Assembly (NCBI GenBank): GCA_964580185.1
Contig: CAZOJQ010000002.1
Coordinates: 52,599 to 116,598, forward strand
Direction of reading: 5' to 3'
Length of the DNA: 64,000 nt
Source: an uncultured Thermotogaceae bacterium
Lineage (GTDB): Bacteria; Thermotogota; Thermotogae; MWEM01
The notes under the pieces were generated by a model. It saw only the letters and a list, made by a program, of their open reading frames with translations, searched no databases and had not been told where the DNA came from. The position numbers were made by a program, and so were the translations under genes. Shown one piece after another: positions 10,031-19,267 of this stretch (positions within the stretch are counted from its first letter, which is position 1; every line of letters starts with the position of its first letter).

Positions 10031-11108
10031 CGATTGCCTTTCGGATTCGATTCATGATGGCCATACCAATACCGATCTCTTCCACCCCTTCTATGAGGAT
10101 CATCGGATACCCTTCCTCATCAGCCATCCGAAATGCGTGGAACAGAGATTTCCCAATGGAATATGGTTGAGCCCGACTCCCGAGAGAAACATAAGATACT
10201 CCGCTATCTTGATATCGATCCATCGTCTCATCTGTGCATAGCACAAGAACCCGATGCTCCGGTCGATTCCTTTCATGATACCGGCAGAGGACCTGTTCGA
10301 TCATTCGCTCCAAATCCCGATCGCTACTCCCTGTATACTCGATCAAGGTCAACGAGGCTTTTGGTGCGTAATGTCGATACTTCATTCCCGGAGCAATTGC
10401 TTCCGCGCGGTGCATACCGATAACTAGATCTGGAATCATCGTTTGGATCTGTTCTACCGTGATTGGACCCGGTCGAAGCAATACCGGCGGTTCCTCCACC
10501 AGAGAAATGATGGTCGATTCCAATCCAAAATCCAGCGTCCCGCTATCAATGATCCAATCTGCGATTCCTTCCATCTCACACAAATGCTCTTTCCGTGTCA
10601 AACTGGGGGTTCCGGATCGGTTCGCGCTGGGCGCGGCTAAAGGAATGCCACACTCGGAAATGAGCGCTTGCGCAACGGGATGAGAAGGAAAGCGAATGGC
10701 TACCGTATCTCGTCCTCCGGTGACCCATTTCGGCACATGCGAACCTTTTGGGAACACGAAAGTCATTGGGCCCGGCCAAAACTTCTCTGCCAAATCTCGC
10801 CACGGATAGGCTACGGATCCGACCAAGCGAGTCAAGTTGTCCAAAGCGCTGATATGGAGAATCAATGGATTATCAATAGGCCTGCCTTTCGCTTGATACA
10901 CTTTTTGGACCGATGGTCCAAGAAAAGGATTCACACCCAACCCATAGACTGTTTCGGTCGGGAAGACCACCAGTCCTCCGTTCAGCAACTCCATCGCTGC
11001 TGGCCGGAGGATTTGGGTCATCTCCGGATTGGGCATACGGTCTTCGATGGAAAGCCATCTCGTTTTGAGCAACTCTGGTTTTGGATCCGACCCTTCGTTT
11101 TCGTTCAT
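10014..11108 (-). CDS. tsaC: L-threonylcarbamoyladenylate synthase (Sua5/TsaC with C-terminal Sua5 domain)
   Basis: YrdC motif (GGLVVFPTETVYGLGVNPF...KGRPIDNPLILHI) plus a ~130-aa Sua5 C-terminal domain. Start trimmed to MNENEG just after the minD stop. Confidence 0.8.
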   Translation of the reverse strand: MNENEGSDPKPELLKTRWLSIEDRMPNPEMTQILRPAAMELLNGGLVVFPTETVYGLGVNPFLGPSVQKVYQAKGRPIDNPLILHISALDNLTRLVGSVAYPWRDLAEKFWPGPMTFVFPKGSHVPKWVTGGRDTVAIRFPSHPVAQALISECGIPLAAPSANRSGTPSLTRKEHLCEMEGIADWIIDSGTLDFGLESTIISLVEEPPVLLRPGPITVEQIQTMIPDLVIGMHRAEAIAPGMKYRHYAPKASLTLIEYTGSSDRDLERMIEQVLCRYHERNRPEHRVLVLCTDETMDRYQDSGVSYVSLGSRAQPYSIGKSLFHAFRMADEEGYPMILIEGVEEIGIGMAIMNRIRKAIDGQFT

Positions 11109-11110
11109 CG

Positions 11111-11914
11111 TTATCGCCGGAACATGGCGCGAAATAGCGTCCAAAAGGTTGGTTTTGACAAACGATAATCTTCTTTGATCGGGATTTTGTGTCCCATAAT
11201 CCGGCGCGCGATGTTTCCGAATATTTGGTGAATTTCCTTGCTTCCTTCCATGGTGGCGGGTATCCCTCGATTGCTTGCCACGATAATCTCTTCGGAATCG
11301 GGGATAATCCCGATCAACTGCAACGCCAGAGTCTTCAAGATATCTTCGATGGAAAGCATTCCTTTTTTTTGAGACATCAGATCCCGATACCGGTTGATGA
11401 TCAGGAGAATTTGATCCTCTCTCTTACCCGATTTCTCCAAAAGGCCAACCACTCGATCCGCATCGCTCACAGACGGATATTCGGGGTTTGTTACAACAAC
11501 CGCGACATCCGCGCCAACAACCGCATTCCGAAACCCGCTCTCGATTCCAGCCGGAGAATCTACAATAACAAAGTCAAACTCGTTTCTCAGTTGACCGATC
11601 ACCTTTTTCATATCTTCTTCGTGCACCATCTCTTTGGTGGCAACCTGAGAAGCTGGCAATAAAAAGAGATTGCGATTTGTCTTATGCCGAACCAGAGCAT
11701 CGATTCCGGAAACCCGATCGGAAATTACGTCCATAATTGTATAAATGATCCGATTTTCTAACCCCAAAAGGACATCCAAGTTTTTTAGTCCGATATCGGC
11801 GTCTAAAAGGCACACCCTCCTGCCCAGATTGGCAAAAGATACTCCCAAATTCGCTGTAACGGTTGTTTTCCCAACTCCGCCTTTACCGGAAGTTACAACC
11901 AACACTTGGCCCAT
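11111..11914 (-). CDS. minD: Septum site-determining ATPase MinD (orphan; no minC/minE adjacent)
   Basis: Deviant Walker A SGKGGVGKTT. Near-identical to the Bacillus MinD core (DIGLKNLDVLLGLENRIIYTIMDV). C-terminal amphipathic helix KPTFWTLFRAMFRR. Confidence 0.8.
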   Translation of the reverse strand: MGQVLVVTSGKGGVGKTTVTANLGVSFANLGRRVCLLDADIGLKNLDVLLGLENRIIYTIMDVISDRVSGIDALVRHKTNRNLFLLPASQVATKEMVHEEDMKKVIGQLRNEFDFVIVDSPAGIESGFRNAVVGADVAVVVTNPEYPSVSDADRVVGLLEKSGKREDQILLIINRYRDLMSQKKGMLSIEDILKTLALQLIGIIPDSEEIIVASNRGIPATMEGSKEIHQIFGNIARRIMGHKIPIKEDYRLSKPTFWTLFRAMFRR

Positions 11915-11932
11915 ACCCCACCCCCATTGGTT

Positions 11933-12244
11933 TCAAGTCGATTGGCCCGGATGGTTCCGAATGCTCGAATCTAACCGATCTGGCGTCCATGGCGGATCAA
12001 AAACAAGTTGAACGGTACACTTTCCGGATCCAACCACTTGTTCCACAGCCCACGTAGCCTGTTCAACCATTACACCGGCAAGCGGGCATGCGGGAGTGGT
12101 CAATGTCATATCAACCTCAACGCGTTGATCATCCAAAATTCGAACATCATAGATTAACCCCAAAGTAACGATATCAATGCCCAGTTCAAGATCGATCACC
12201 TGGCTCAATGCTTCCATGATCGTTTTTTGATTCAGACCCCCCAT
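11933..12244 (-). CDS. DUF59 (SufT/MIP18-like) Fe-S assembly-associated protein
   Basis: 103 aa. DUF59 signature (IVTLGLIYDV...VEVDMTLTTPACPL). Confidence 0.65.
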   Translation of the reverse strand: MGGLNQKTIMEALSQVIDLELGIDIVTLGLIYDVRILDDQRVEVDMTLTTPACPLAGVMVEQATWAVEQVVGSGKCTVQLVFDPPWTPDRLDSSIRNHPGQST

Positions 12245-13266
12245 TCTTGTCCCTCCTCGTTTTTCGCGCGATTCTTCCTTTGGATCTCCATTTGATCTTT
12301 TGTGAAGGTCAGAACAGAATCAATGGCTTCATCCATTTCCAAAAGAAGGGTGCACCCTGCTGCTTTCGGATGGCCACCCCCACCAAAATGGAGGGCAACG
12401 GTTGCAATATCAAACCAGTCTTTCGAACGCATATGTGTTTTGATCTTTCCCTCCTCTTCTTCCGAGAAAAAAAGGGCCACTTCCATTCCCTTCACGGACC
12501 GAAGCACTCCAACGAATCCACTGGTATCCGAATAGCCATTGCCATAATCGCGAACATCCTCTTTCCGCAAATACGAGAATGCAATCCCCAAGTCTGGATC
12601 CATTTGCATATTGTGGATCATCCGCGCCAGCAAGGCAAAGTATTCCGGCCTTTGGTTCTCCAATACCAAATTGGCGGTAAAGGAAGGATCCGCTCCAAAC
12701 CGTGCCAATCGCGCAGCGTCTTCGAGCAATCGGGCATCCGTGTTGGAATACTTGAAAAACCCGGAATCCGTTTGAATCCCCATCAACAACAAAGTGGACA
12801 AAACGGGATCCAGTCCCAGTTCCGTCCGTTGGAAGATCCAGAGAACCATCTGCGCAGTTGCTGCTGCTGACGAGTCAACCCAGTTCACATCGCCAAAGTT
12901 CGTATTGGTCGCATGATGATCGATGACAACAGAAGGCATTGAGCCGAGCAGCATTTCGAACCGCCCGATTCGATCCCTGGACGAAGCGTCAACCACCACC
13001 AAGCATTCAAAATCCTTGGGAGTATGGAGATGACAAAACCGATCCCAATCCAGGATTTGGTCGGTAAGCAATAGAGGGCGGAAGGTTTCAGGAATCGGGC
13101 TATCAACCACCGCGATAGCCTGCTTCCCCATACGCCGTAGACCCAATGTCAAACCGAGCATGGAACTGATATCATCTCCATCCGGATCAATATGCCCAAT
13201 CACAAGAATGGAGTCGTTTGTTTGAATCTTTTCGATTACAGCCAATAGCTGCTTCTCATGCCACAT
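12232..13266 (-). CDS. nrnA: Bifunctional oligoribonuclease / pAp phosphatase NrnA (DHH-DHHA1)
   Basis: DHH motifs (HIDPDGD, DHH at VIDHHATN) and the DHHA1 GGGH motif (GGGGHPKAAG). Confidence 0.75.
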   Translation of the reverse strand: MWHEKQLLAVIEKIQTNDSILVIGHIDPDGDDISSMLGLTLGLRRMGKQAIAVVDSPIPETFRPLLLTDQILDWDRFCHLHTPKDFECLVVVDASSRDRIGRFEMLLGSMPSVVIDHHATNTNFGDVNWVDSSAAATAQMVLWIFQRTELGLDPVLSTLLLMGIQTDSGFFKYSNTDARLLEDAARLARFGADPSFTANLVLENQRPEYFALLARMIHNMQMDPDLGIAFSYLRKEDVRDYGNGYSDTSGFVGVLRSVKGMEVALFFSEEEEGKIKTHMRSKDWFDIATVALHFGGGGHPKAAGCTLLLEMDEAIDSVLTFTKDQMEIQRKNRAKNEEGQEWGV

Positions 13267-13324
13267 AAAATCACCCGTTCGCGGAATTATACCATGATTT
13301 TCTGAAAAAGAGAAGGTCTGAGGA

Positions 13325-14623
13325 TCACAGGATTCGGTTGAACCACCGGATTCCTAGGTACAAAGAAGCAACTGTCATCCCAATTAAAGAGATCACCACA
13401 CCATCCCGGAAAAATTGGCTAAACGGCATCCGGGTTTTCGATGTAGATTCAAGAATCCCTATACCGACAATATTTGCTGCTGTACCGCTAATTGTAAGAT
13501 TTCCTCCCATATTTGCGCCCAATACAAGCGCCCACCAGAGCTCTTGGGGATGCGAGAACCCCGGGGCGATCGTTTGGACAATCGGTATGAATACGGCTAC
13601 GACCGGCACAGCTCCGATCAATCCACCCAAAATCCCGGAAACCCATTGAATCAGGATGATCAGCAAAAAAGGCCGGGATTGAAAGGTCATGATCCATTGA
13701 GCGATATGGTCGATGACCCCAACCTCTTTCAGCGCCCCCGTGAGCAAAAATAACCCCAAGAAAAAGAAGAGAGTATTCCATTCAATCTCTCCCGCGATCT
13801 TCTCGAAGGTTCCTTTGGATAGAAAAAGCATGATTACTCCACCGCTCAATGCAATCAATGAAGCCTCATAATCCAATGTATCATGGAGGATAAACCCGAC
13901 CAAGACCACTCCAAAGGCGATCGATCCTTTCAAAAAAAGGGGACGGTCCAGAATCGCCTTCGACGGATCAATGGAAAGCAAAGCATTTAGTTGTTCTTTT
14001 GGAACTTGGGAAAATTGCGGATATCGGAATCGGAAATACAACAAACTGATTGCAAGCACGATCAGAGCAGGCGCAATCATTACCGAGCTGAACTCCAAAA
14101 AACCGATTTTGGCAGCGCTTCCGATCAAGATGTTGGGGGGGTCTCCGATAATGGTTGCCGAACCGCCAATGTTGGAAGCGAAAATCAAGGTTAGCATCAG
14201 GGGAGCAGGACGAAACCCAACGGAATCGCTAATCAAGAAAACGATTGGCGCAAAGAGCAGAATAGTCGTCACATTGTCCAATACGCTTGACAATCCGGCA
14301 ACAGCCACGATCATCAATACATAGATCACAGCCATATTTCCTTTTGAACTCCGTACGATTCGCGCTGCAATGTACTGAAACATCCCCGTGCTTTTCAGCA
14401 CACCGACGAGGATCATCATACCCAAAAGAATCCCTAGCGTATTGAAATCCACAAAATCCCCCATTCGGGAGATGGTCAATCCGTCGGCGACTTTAACAAA
14501 AATGGCCAGCAATCCCATGGAAAAAGCGATTAAGGATCGATCCAGCTTTCCGGTAATGATGAAGAAATAGGCCAAAAGGAAGATCCCAACAACAACTCCT
14601 TGCTGCAGCAAAAACACCTCCAA
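13325..14623 (-). CDS. ArsB/NhaD-superfamily anion permease
   Basis: 432 aa, ~12 TM. Duplicated halves with an SNIGGSATIIGDPPN re-entrant-loop motif typical of ArsB/NhaD/CitMHS permeases. Confidence 0.6.
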   Translation of the reverse strand: MEVFLLQQGVVVGIFLLAYFFIITGKLDRSLIAFSMGLLAIFVKVADGLTISRMGDFVDFNTLGILLGMMILVGVLKSTGMFQYIAARIVRSSKGNMAVIYVLMIVAVAGLSSVLDNVTTILLFAPIVFLISDSVGFRPAPLMLTLIFASNIGGSATIIGDPPNILIGSAAKIGFLEFSSVMIAPALIVLAISLLYFRFRYPQFSQVPKEQLNALLSIDPSKAILDRPLFLKGSIAFGVVLVGFILHDTLDYEASLIALSGGVIMLFLSKGTFEKIAGEIEWNTLFFFLGLFLLTGALKEVGVIDHIAQWIMTFQSRPFLLIILIQWVSGILGGLIGAVPVVAVFIPIVQTIAPGFSHPQELWWALVLGANMGGNLTISGTAANIVGIGILESTSKTRMPFSQFFRDGVVISLIGMTVASLYLGIRWFNRIL

Positions 14624-14760
14624 AGCCCTGATAATCTGTTTCTTTGTCTATACTGGATTATATCATAATCCGGCCGGTCCCCATTCATTTCGATCATCCG
14701 AATGATGGTTTGTTTGTGATATACTATCTCGATATGGTCCGATCGTCTTGGGGGGAGGAA

Positions 14761-15927
14761 ATGATGAGTTTCTGGTCAGCGCTCAAAGAAGGACGGAAGG
14801 AAAGCTCAGTCGAATGGATGATCTATTCAAATATAGCGGTTACCACGCTCTGGAGCCAATACTTTTATTCCGAGGGGTATAATCCCATTCAGATTGGCGT
14901 TCTTATGGCTATGATTCCTTTGATGTCCTTTGTATCCAATCCTTTCTTCTTCCGGTTATCCAATACTGTCAGCGAACAAAAGATCATTCGTTTTGTCGCG
15001 TTCATTCCCGCAATTCTCGTATGGGGGATCTTTTTCTTTTCCGGATTCTGGTTCAAACTTTGGATCATTTTGCCTGTTGCTTTGACCATGTCTGCCGTCA
15101 TTCCTATAGCCGAAGGCATGGTCATCCAAAGCTTGAAAAAGAAAGGGCTCCGGTTTGACCATATTCGCTTATGGGGAACCATCGGCTACTCCTGTACCAT
15201 TCTCATCTCGGGTCTTTTGATCCAGGTATCCTACGCATGGGTTTTTGCTTTCTCAACGATGTCACTCCTTGTCGTTGGCGCTGTATGTCCCCTTCTTGCT
15301 CAAACTCCCGTTCCGGTCTCCGTGAAAGAGCGGCCCAATTTCCCCTTGGGCCCGATGAAGACCTTTCTATTCATGCTCGGCTTTTCTGCAGTGGCTACAT
15401 CGGTTGGAAGTATGAGTTCCGTATTTCTTCCGATGTTGACAGATGGATACGGATTCCCGGAGTGGGCTCCTGGCGTTAGTTTTTCCATTATGGCCATTTC
15501 CGAAGTCCCTTTTCTTTTGCTTGGCGAACGCATCCTCAAGCGTCTTGGCAATACTCGGTTACTGGCTATCGGAATCAGCGCAATCGCTTTACGGGTATTG
15601 CTCATGTCCTGGATCTCGCATCCTCTGGGGTTCTTTTTTGCCTTGCCCATTCATGGCCTCGGCTACATCACCGTATACTATGCCCTTTTCCAATTCATCC
15701 ATTATCGCCTTTCTCCCCACCAAGTACGGAATGCGCAAGTCCTCCTTTGGATCACCCTTCAAGGCGTCAATTTCACGGTCGGATCCCTAGGAGGCGGATG
15801 GTTGGTGGAACAGACCGGGGTATTGGCGGGGTATCGATTCGCAGGGTGGTTGGGTGTTGCCGCAGCAGTGGGCGCGTGGATCTATTCCGTACAGGCAACC
15901 CGTTCCACTCACACGAAAGAACCATGA
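14761..15927 (+). CDS. MFS transporter
   Basis: 12 predicted TM segments. Start set at MMSFWSAL. The upstream part of the ORF is unsupported. Divergent from the permease gene. Confidence 0.55.
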   Translation: MMSFWSALKEGRKESSVEWMIYSNIAVTTLWSQYFYSEGYNPIQIGVLMAMIPLMSFVSNPFFFRLSNTVSEQKIIRFVAFIPAILVWGIFFFSGFWFKLWIILPVALTMSAVIPIAEGMVIQSLKKKGLRFDHIRLWGTIGYSCTILISGLLIQVSYAWVFAFSTMSLLVVGAVCPLLAQTPVPVSVKERPNFPLGPMKTFLFMLGFSAVATSVGSMSSVFLPMLTDGYGFPEWAPGVSFSIMAISEVPFLLLGERILKRLGNTRLLAIGISAIALRVLLMSWISHPLGFFFALPIHGLGYITVYYALFQFIHYRLSPHQVRNAQVLLWITLQGVNFTVGSLGGGWLVEQTGVLAGYRFAGWLGVAAAVGAWIYSVQATRSTHTKEP

Positions 15928-17786
15928 CCATGAATACGCGTGCTTTGAACGACATAAAAACCGGGTTACTTGAAGCGATTTCGACCGTGCGAAAATCCTT
16001 TGTTCCCGCAGTCCTTTTCGAAGCCGCGGTCAATATCATTGGGGCAGCCATCATAACGCCCCTATCTGCTTTTTTATTTGCGAGATTGGTTCGATTAAGC
16101 GGGTTTTCTGCGGTAAACAACCTTCAGGTTCTTTCCTTCTTCTTCAGCCTGCCTGGGGTTCTATCCATGACTCTCGCAGCGATGGCCCTTTTTATCGGGC
16201 TTTTTATCAAAGAAGCGGGTCAACTTGCCATCCTGAGTTCCGCTTATTATGGGGTTCCGGTTTCCTTTCGATATTTGGTAAACCGAAGCGTCTTTATGCT
16301 TCCAAAGCTTTTGAGAATGGGTGTTGTTGAGTTTTCGGTCTATTTTCTCCTGATTTTTCCCTTGCTCTGGCTTTTGGTCACTTTAGTCGGCGAAGGGGCT
16401 TTTTTCTCCTTAGGATGGCCTGCAGTGACCCAATGGATGTCCGGTTCCTGGTGGCGGATCGCTCTGGTAAGTATTGGAATTGGCGCATTGATTTATGGAA
16501 TGATCCGTTTCTTCGTGAACCGGATCTTTTTGATTCCATGCGCTGTATTGGAAAACCTGAGCTTCCCGCAATCCGTCCGCCGGAGTATATGTCTTGTCAA
16601 AGGGTCTTTTTTCCCGATCCTCTTGATGCTCTCTTTATGGTTTTTCGTCTTCGTCCTTGCCGTTGTCGGTGTTGCCTCTTTGATGGTCGGGATCATTGGC
16701 ATCGGAGTAGGATCCATTCACCCCGAGAACCCCGTTTTTTTCAGTTTCTTTGTTTTGGTGATCGTGGTCGGGGTCGTTGCGTCGGTGATTGTTTCTCTTG
16801 TGTTAAATCCGATCAATACCGCCTTTATCTTTCATTTATACCTGCGGCAACGAAGCCGAAAAGAAGGAGCCGAACCGAAGATTATCCTTCCGAAGATTTC
16901 CCGACAAATTGGACAAACCCCATGGATCCATAAGCACCCCAAGCTCGCGGCGGCGGGATTTTTTGCCGGTGTTCTCTCCGTTGCTTTTCTCATCTTTCTC
17001 GGCCTTCAAGAGGAGGCCCCTTTGCTGAAAGATCACGTTGAAGTCACGGCTCATCGTGGGAGCAGTTTGCGGGCTCCAGAAAACACGCTTTCTGCTATTC
17101 TGCTAGCTGCTAAAGAAGGGGCGGACTACGCAGAGATGGATGTTCGCCAGACGTCCGATGATGTCGTGGTTTTGCTTCATGATGAAAGCTTGTGGGCGCG
17201 GACCGGGGTTCATCAACGGATTTGGAACATAACCTATCTCGAAGTTAAACAATTGGATGCGGGGATCCGGTTTTCACCCGATTTCGCAGGGGAACAGATT
17301 GTATCTCTCGAAGAAGTGATTCAACAAACTATAGGGAAGATCAAATTGAACATCGAAATCAAAGCCCATGCGCAAAACTCCAATATCGCCAACGCGGTTG
17401 TTTCTTTGATTGAGCAATACGGAATTGTACACCAGTGCGTAATCACATCTTTGGACTATCGGACCCTTCAACGAGTGCGCCGTTTGAACCCGGATATCCG
17501 AATCGGTTTGATTACAGCGCTCAGCATCGGGACACTATGGGATCTTGATGTGGATTTTTATAGCATCATCCATACGATGGCCACCCCCGAATTTCTCCAT
17601 CGAGCAGAGTCGATTGGAAGACCGGTCCATGTATGGACCATCAATGACCGGGATGAAATGGAGCGTCTGATTCGTCTTGGGGTGGATAACATCATCACTG
17701 ACGATCCTTTGGTCTTTTTCTCCATCATGAAAGAAAAGACCGGAATCCCTGATCTAGGATTCGCTTGGGAACCCTATCTCGACTGA
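15924..17786 (+). CDS. Membrane-anchored glycerophosphodiester phosphodiesterase (multi-TM N-domain + C-terminal GDPD)
   Basis: C-terminal GDPD catalytic motifs (VTAHRGSSLRAPENT...EMDVRQTSDDVVVLLHDESL). N-terminal ~400 aa is polytopic. Start at MTMNTR with ATGA overlap on the MFS stop. Confidence 0.7.
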   Translation: MTMNTRALNDIKTGLLEAISTVRKSFVPAVLFEAAVNIIGAAIITPLSAFLFARLVRLSGFSAVNNLQVLSFFFSLPGVLSMTLAAMALFIGLFIKEAGQLAILSSAYYGVPVSFRYLVNRSVFMLPKLLRMGVVEFSVYFLLIFPLLWLLVTLVGEGAFFSLGWPAVTQWMSGSWWRIALVSIGIGALIYGMIRFFVNRIFLIPCAVLENLSFPQSVRRSICLVKGSFFPILLMLSLWFFVFVLAVVGVASLMVGIIGIGVGSIHPENPVFFSFFVLVIVVGVVASVIVSLVLNPINTAFIFHLYLRQRSRKEGAEPKIILPKISRQIGQTPWIHKHPKLAAAGFFAGVLSVAFLIFLGLQEEAPLLKDHVEVTAHRGSSLRAPENTLSAILLAAKEGADYAEMDVRQTSDDVVVLLHDESLWARTGVHQRIWNITYLEVKQLDAGIRFSPDFAGEQIVSLEEVIQQTIGKIKLNIEIKAHAQNSNIANAVVSLIEQYGIVHQCVITSLDYRTLQRVRRLNPDIRIGLITALSIGTLWDLDVDFYSIIHTMATPEFLHRAESIGRPVHVWTINDRDEMERLIRLGVDNIITDDPLVFFSIMKEKTGIPDLGFAWEPYLD

Positions 17787-17802
17787 TTCCGGCCAGTCTT
17801 TT

Positions 17803-19242
17803 TTAAAAGGTTCCCACGATAAAGGCGTCTGTAATGTGATTGCCTTGAACAGTCTGAACACCGGGAAAAGCCCAGTCTAACACCTTGTCTCGGGCATAAT
17901 GGTACAACTCCGGATAGGTCAACTTCTGATCCGCATTTCCCATTGGTCCATATCCGTCTGCGTTGTGTGTCGCGTCGAAAGCGCCCATTGGATTGTTTGA
18001 ACCCGTATGGCCCATTCCGTCAGTCAGAAAGAAGCTCATGTACCCGTGTTTCAACACATCATCTTCGTAAGCGCTTTCCGTAACGGAGGCTCCCGTCAAC
18101 ACATAGAATTCGTAGGTGGAGCCAAACGCGCCTCTCTTCTCAGGATCCTCCGCAAAAGCCGCAATGACCGCCTCGTTGAATCGAACTGCCCGATCCAATC
18201 GATCTTGGCCGGATCCATCCGGGGTAAGATTCGCGAAATACCCCGATTCGCAAGCATCGATGATTACAAGCTTTGTTCCCTGGATCTTTCCCAATTCGGT
18301 TCGCAAGTCGTTCACGCTGATTTCCCCCGAAGGCAAATAGATATACGAAGTAATCCCATTGTGATACCCATGCCCAGAGTAGTGGAAGACAAAGAAGTCC
18401 TCCGCTTGACTGCCCGGGATATACTCATTCAACCAGCCAATCACATCGGAACGTGACATCGACCCTGTCCGCGTCTGTACGTCGAAAGATTCCGCCAGGT
18501 TGGAAAAAACCACTCGAATCCGTTCGGAATCACGCGCCGCTCCCGGGAGATCACCGGTCCCACCATAATCCGAAGCGCCAATAGACAACGCCCGGAAAGA
18601 TCCAAGGGGAATAAGGGCGAAGTGGGCCGTCAGAGTCACAGGATGAGCAGGCATCGGATACGAATAAGCGGCAACAGCGCTGATCAGTTCTCCGTTTTCG
18701 GCCCAATGGGAAAATTGATATCCTTCTTGGGGAACGGCATCAATAGGTACAACCGCGCCTGCGGGGTATGACCCAGCTCCAAAAACCGCGCCCCCTGCCA
18801 AAGGCTGCGCTTGCAGCTGAAGAAGGTACAGGATGGGAACGAATCGGGCCCGAATCGTGCGAGATGCAATCGCTGGGAAATTTAAGGGATTTGAAGCGCT
18901 GACTTTTGTCGTTCCTTCATACCACCCTTCGAACTGATAGCCTTCATAGGCCTGCGCTTCCAGGGAGATATAGGTACCCACAAACACTGTTTTGCTTTGA
19001 GATTGATCGGTCCACAATCCTCCATCGATCCGAACCTCTCCCCCATATAGAGCGTTTCGTGAATGGGCTTCTTCCAATGGCATGACACTGACGGTTATGG
19101 TAACCTGCAAGGGTGTTGGCCCAGGCGAAATTCCGCCGCACGCTGTCATCAAAAAAATGCTGGCAATCAAAATCCCCACCATGCAAAGAACGCAGATTCT
19201 TCTTTTCACCAGATCCCTCCTTATGCGTATGTGGATCTTCAT
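17803..19242 (-). CDS. Lipoprotein with two Listeria-Bacteroides (InlB B-repeat-like) domains and a C-terminal caspase-like peptidase C14 (clan CD) domain
   Basis: Signal peptide with lipobox-like LMTAC. GYQFEGWYEG and GYQFSHWAENG hallmark motifs of PF09479-type repeats. Caspase His/Cys dyad context FHYSGHG ... LVIIDACESG. Confidence 0.65.
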   Translation of the reverse strand: MKIHIRIRRDLVKRRICVLCMVGILIASIFLMTACGGISPGPTPLQVTITVSVMPLEEAHSRNALYGGEVRIDGGLWTDQSQSKTVFVGTYISLEAQAYEGYQFEGWYEGTTKVSASNPLNFPAIASRTIRARFVPILYLLQLQAQPLAGGAVFGAGSYPAGAVVPIDAVPQEGYQFSHWAENGELISAVAAYSYPMPAHPVTLTAHFALIPLGSFRALSIGASDYGGTGDLPGAARDSERIRVVFSNLAESFDVQTRTGSMSRSDVIGWLNEYIPGSQAEDFFVFHYSGHGYHNGITSYIYLPSGEISVNDLRTELGKIQGTKLVIIDACESGYFANLTPDGSGQDRLDRAVRFNEAVIAAFAEDPEKRGAFGSTYEFYVLTGASVTESAYEDDVLKHGYMSFFLTDGMGHTGSNNPMGAFDATHNADGYGPMGNADQKLTYPELYHYARDKVLDWAFPGVQTVQGNHITDAFIVGTF

Positions 19243-19267
19243 AGAAACCCCTTGTGATGTCTTCGAA

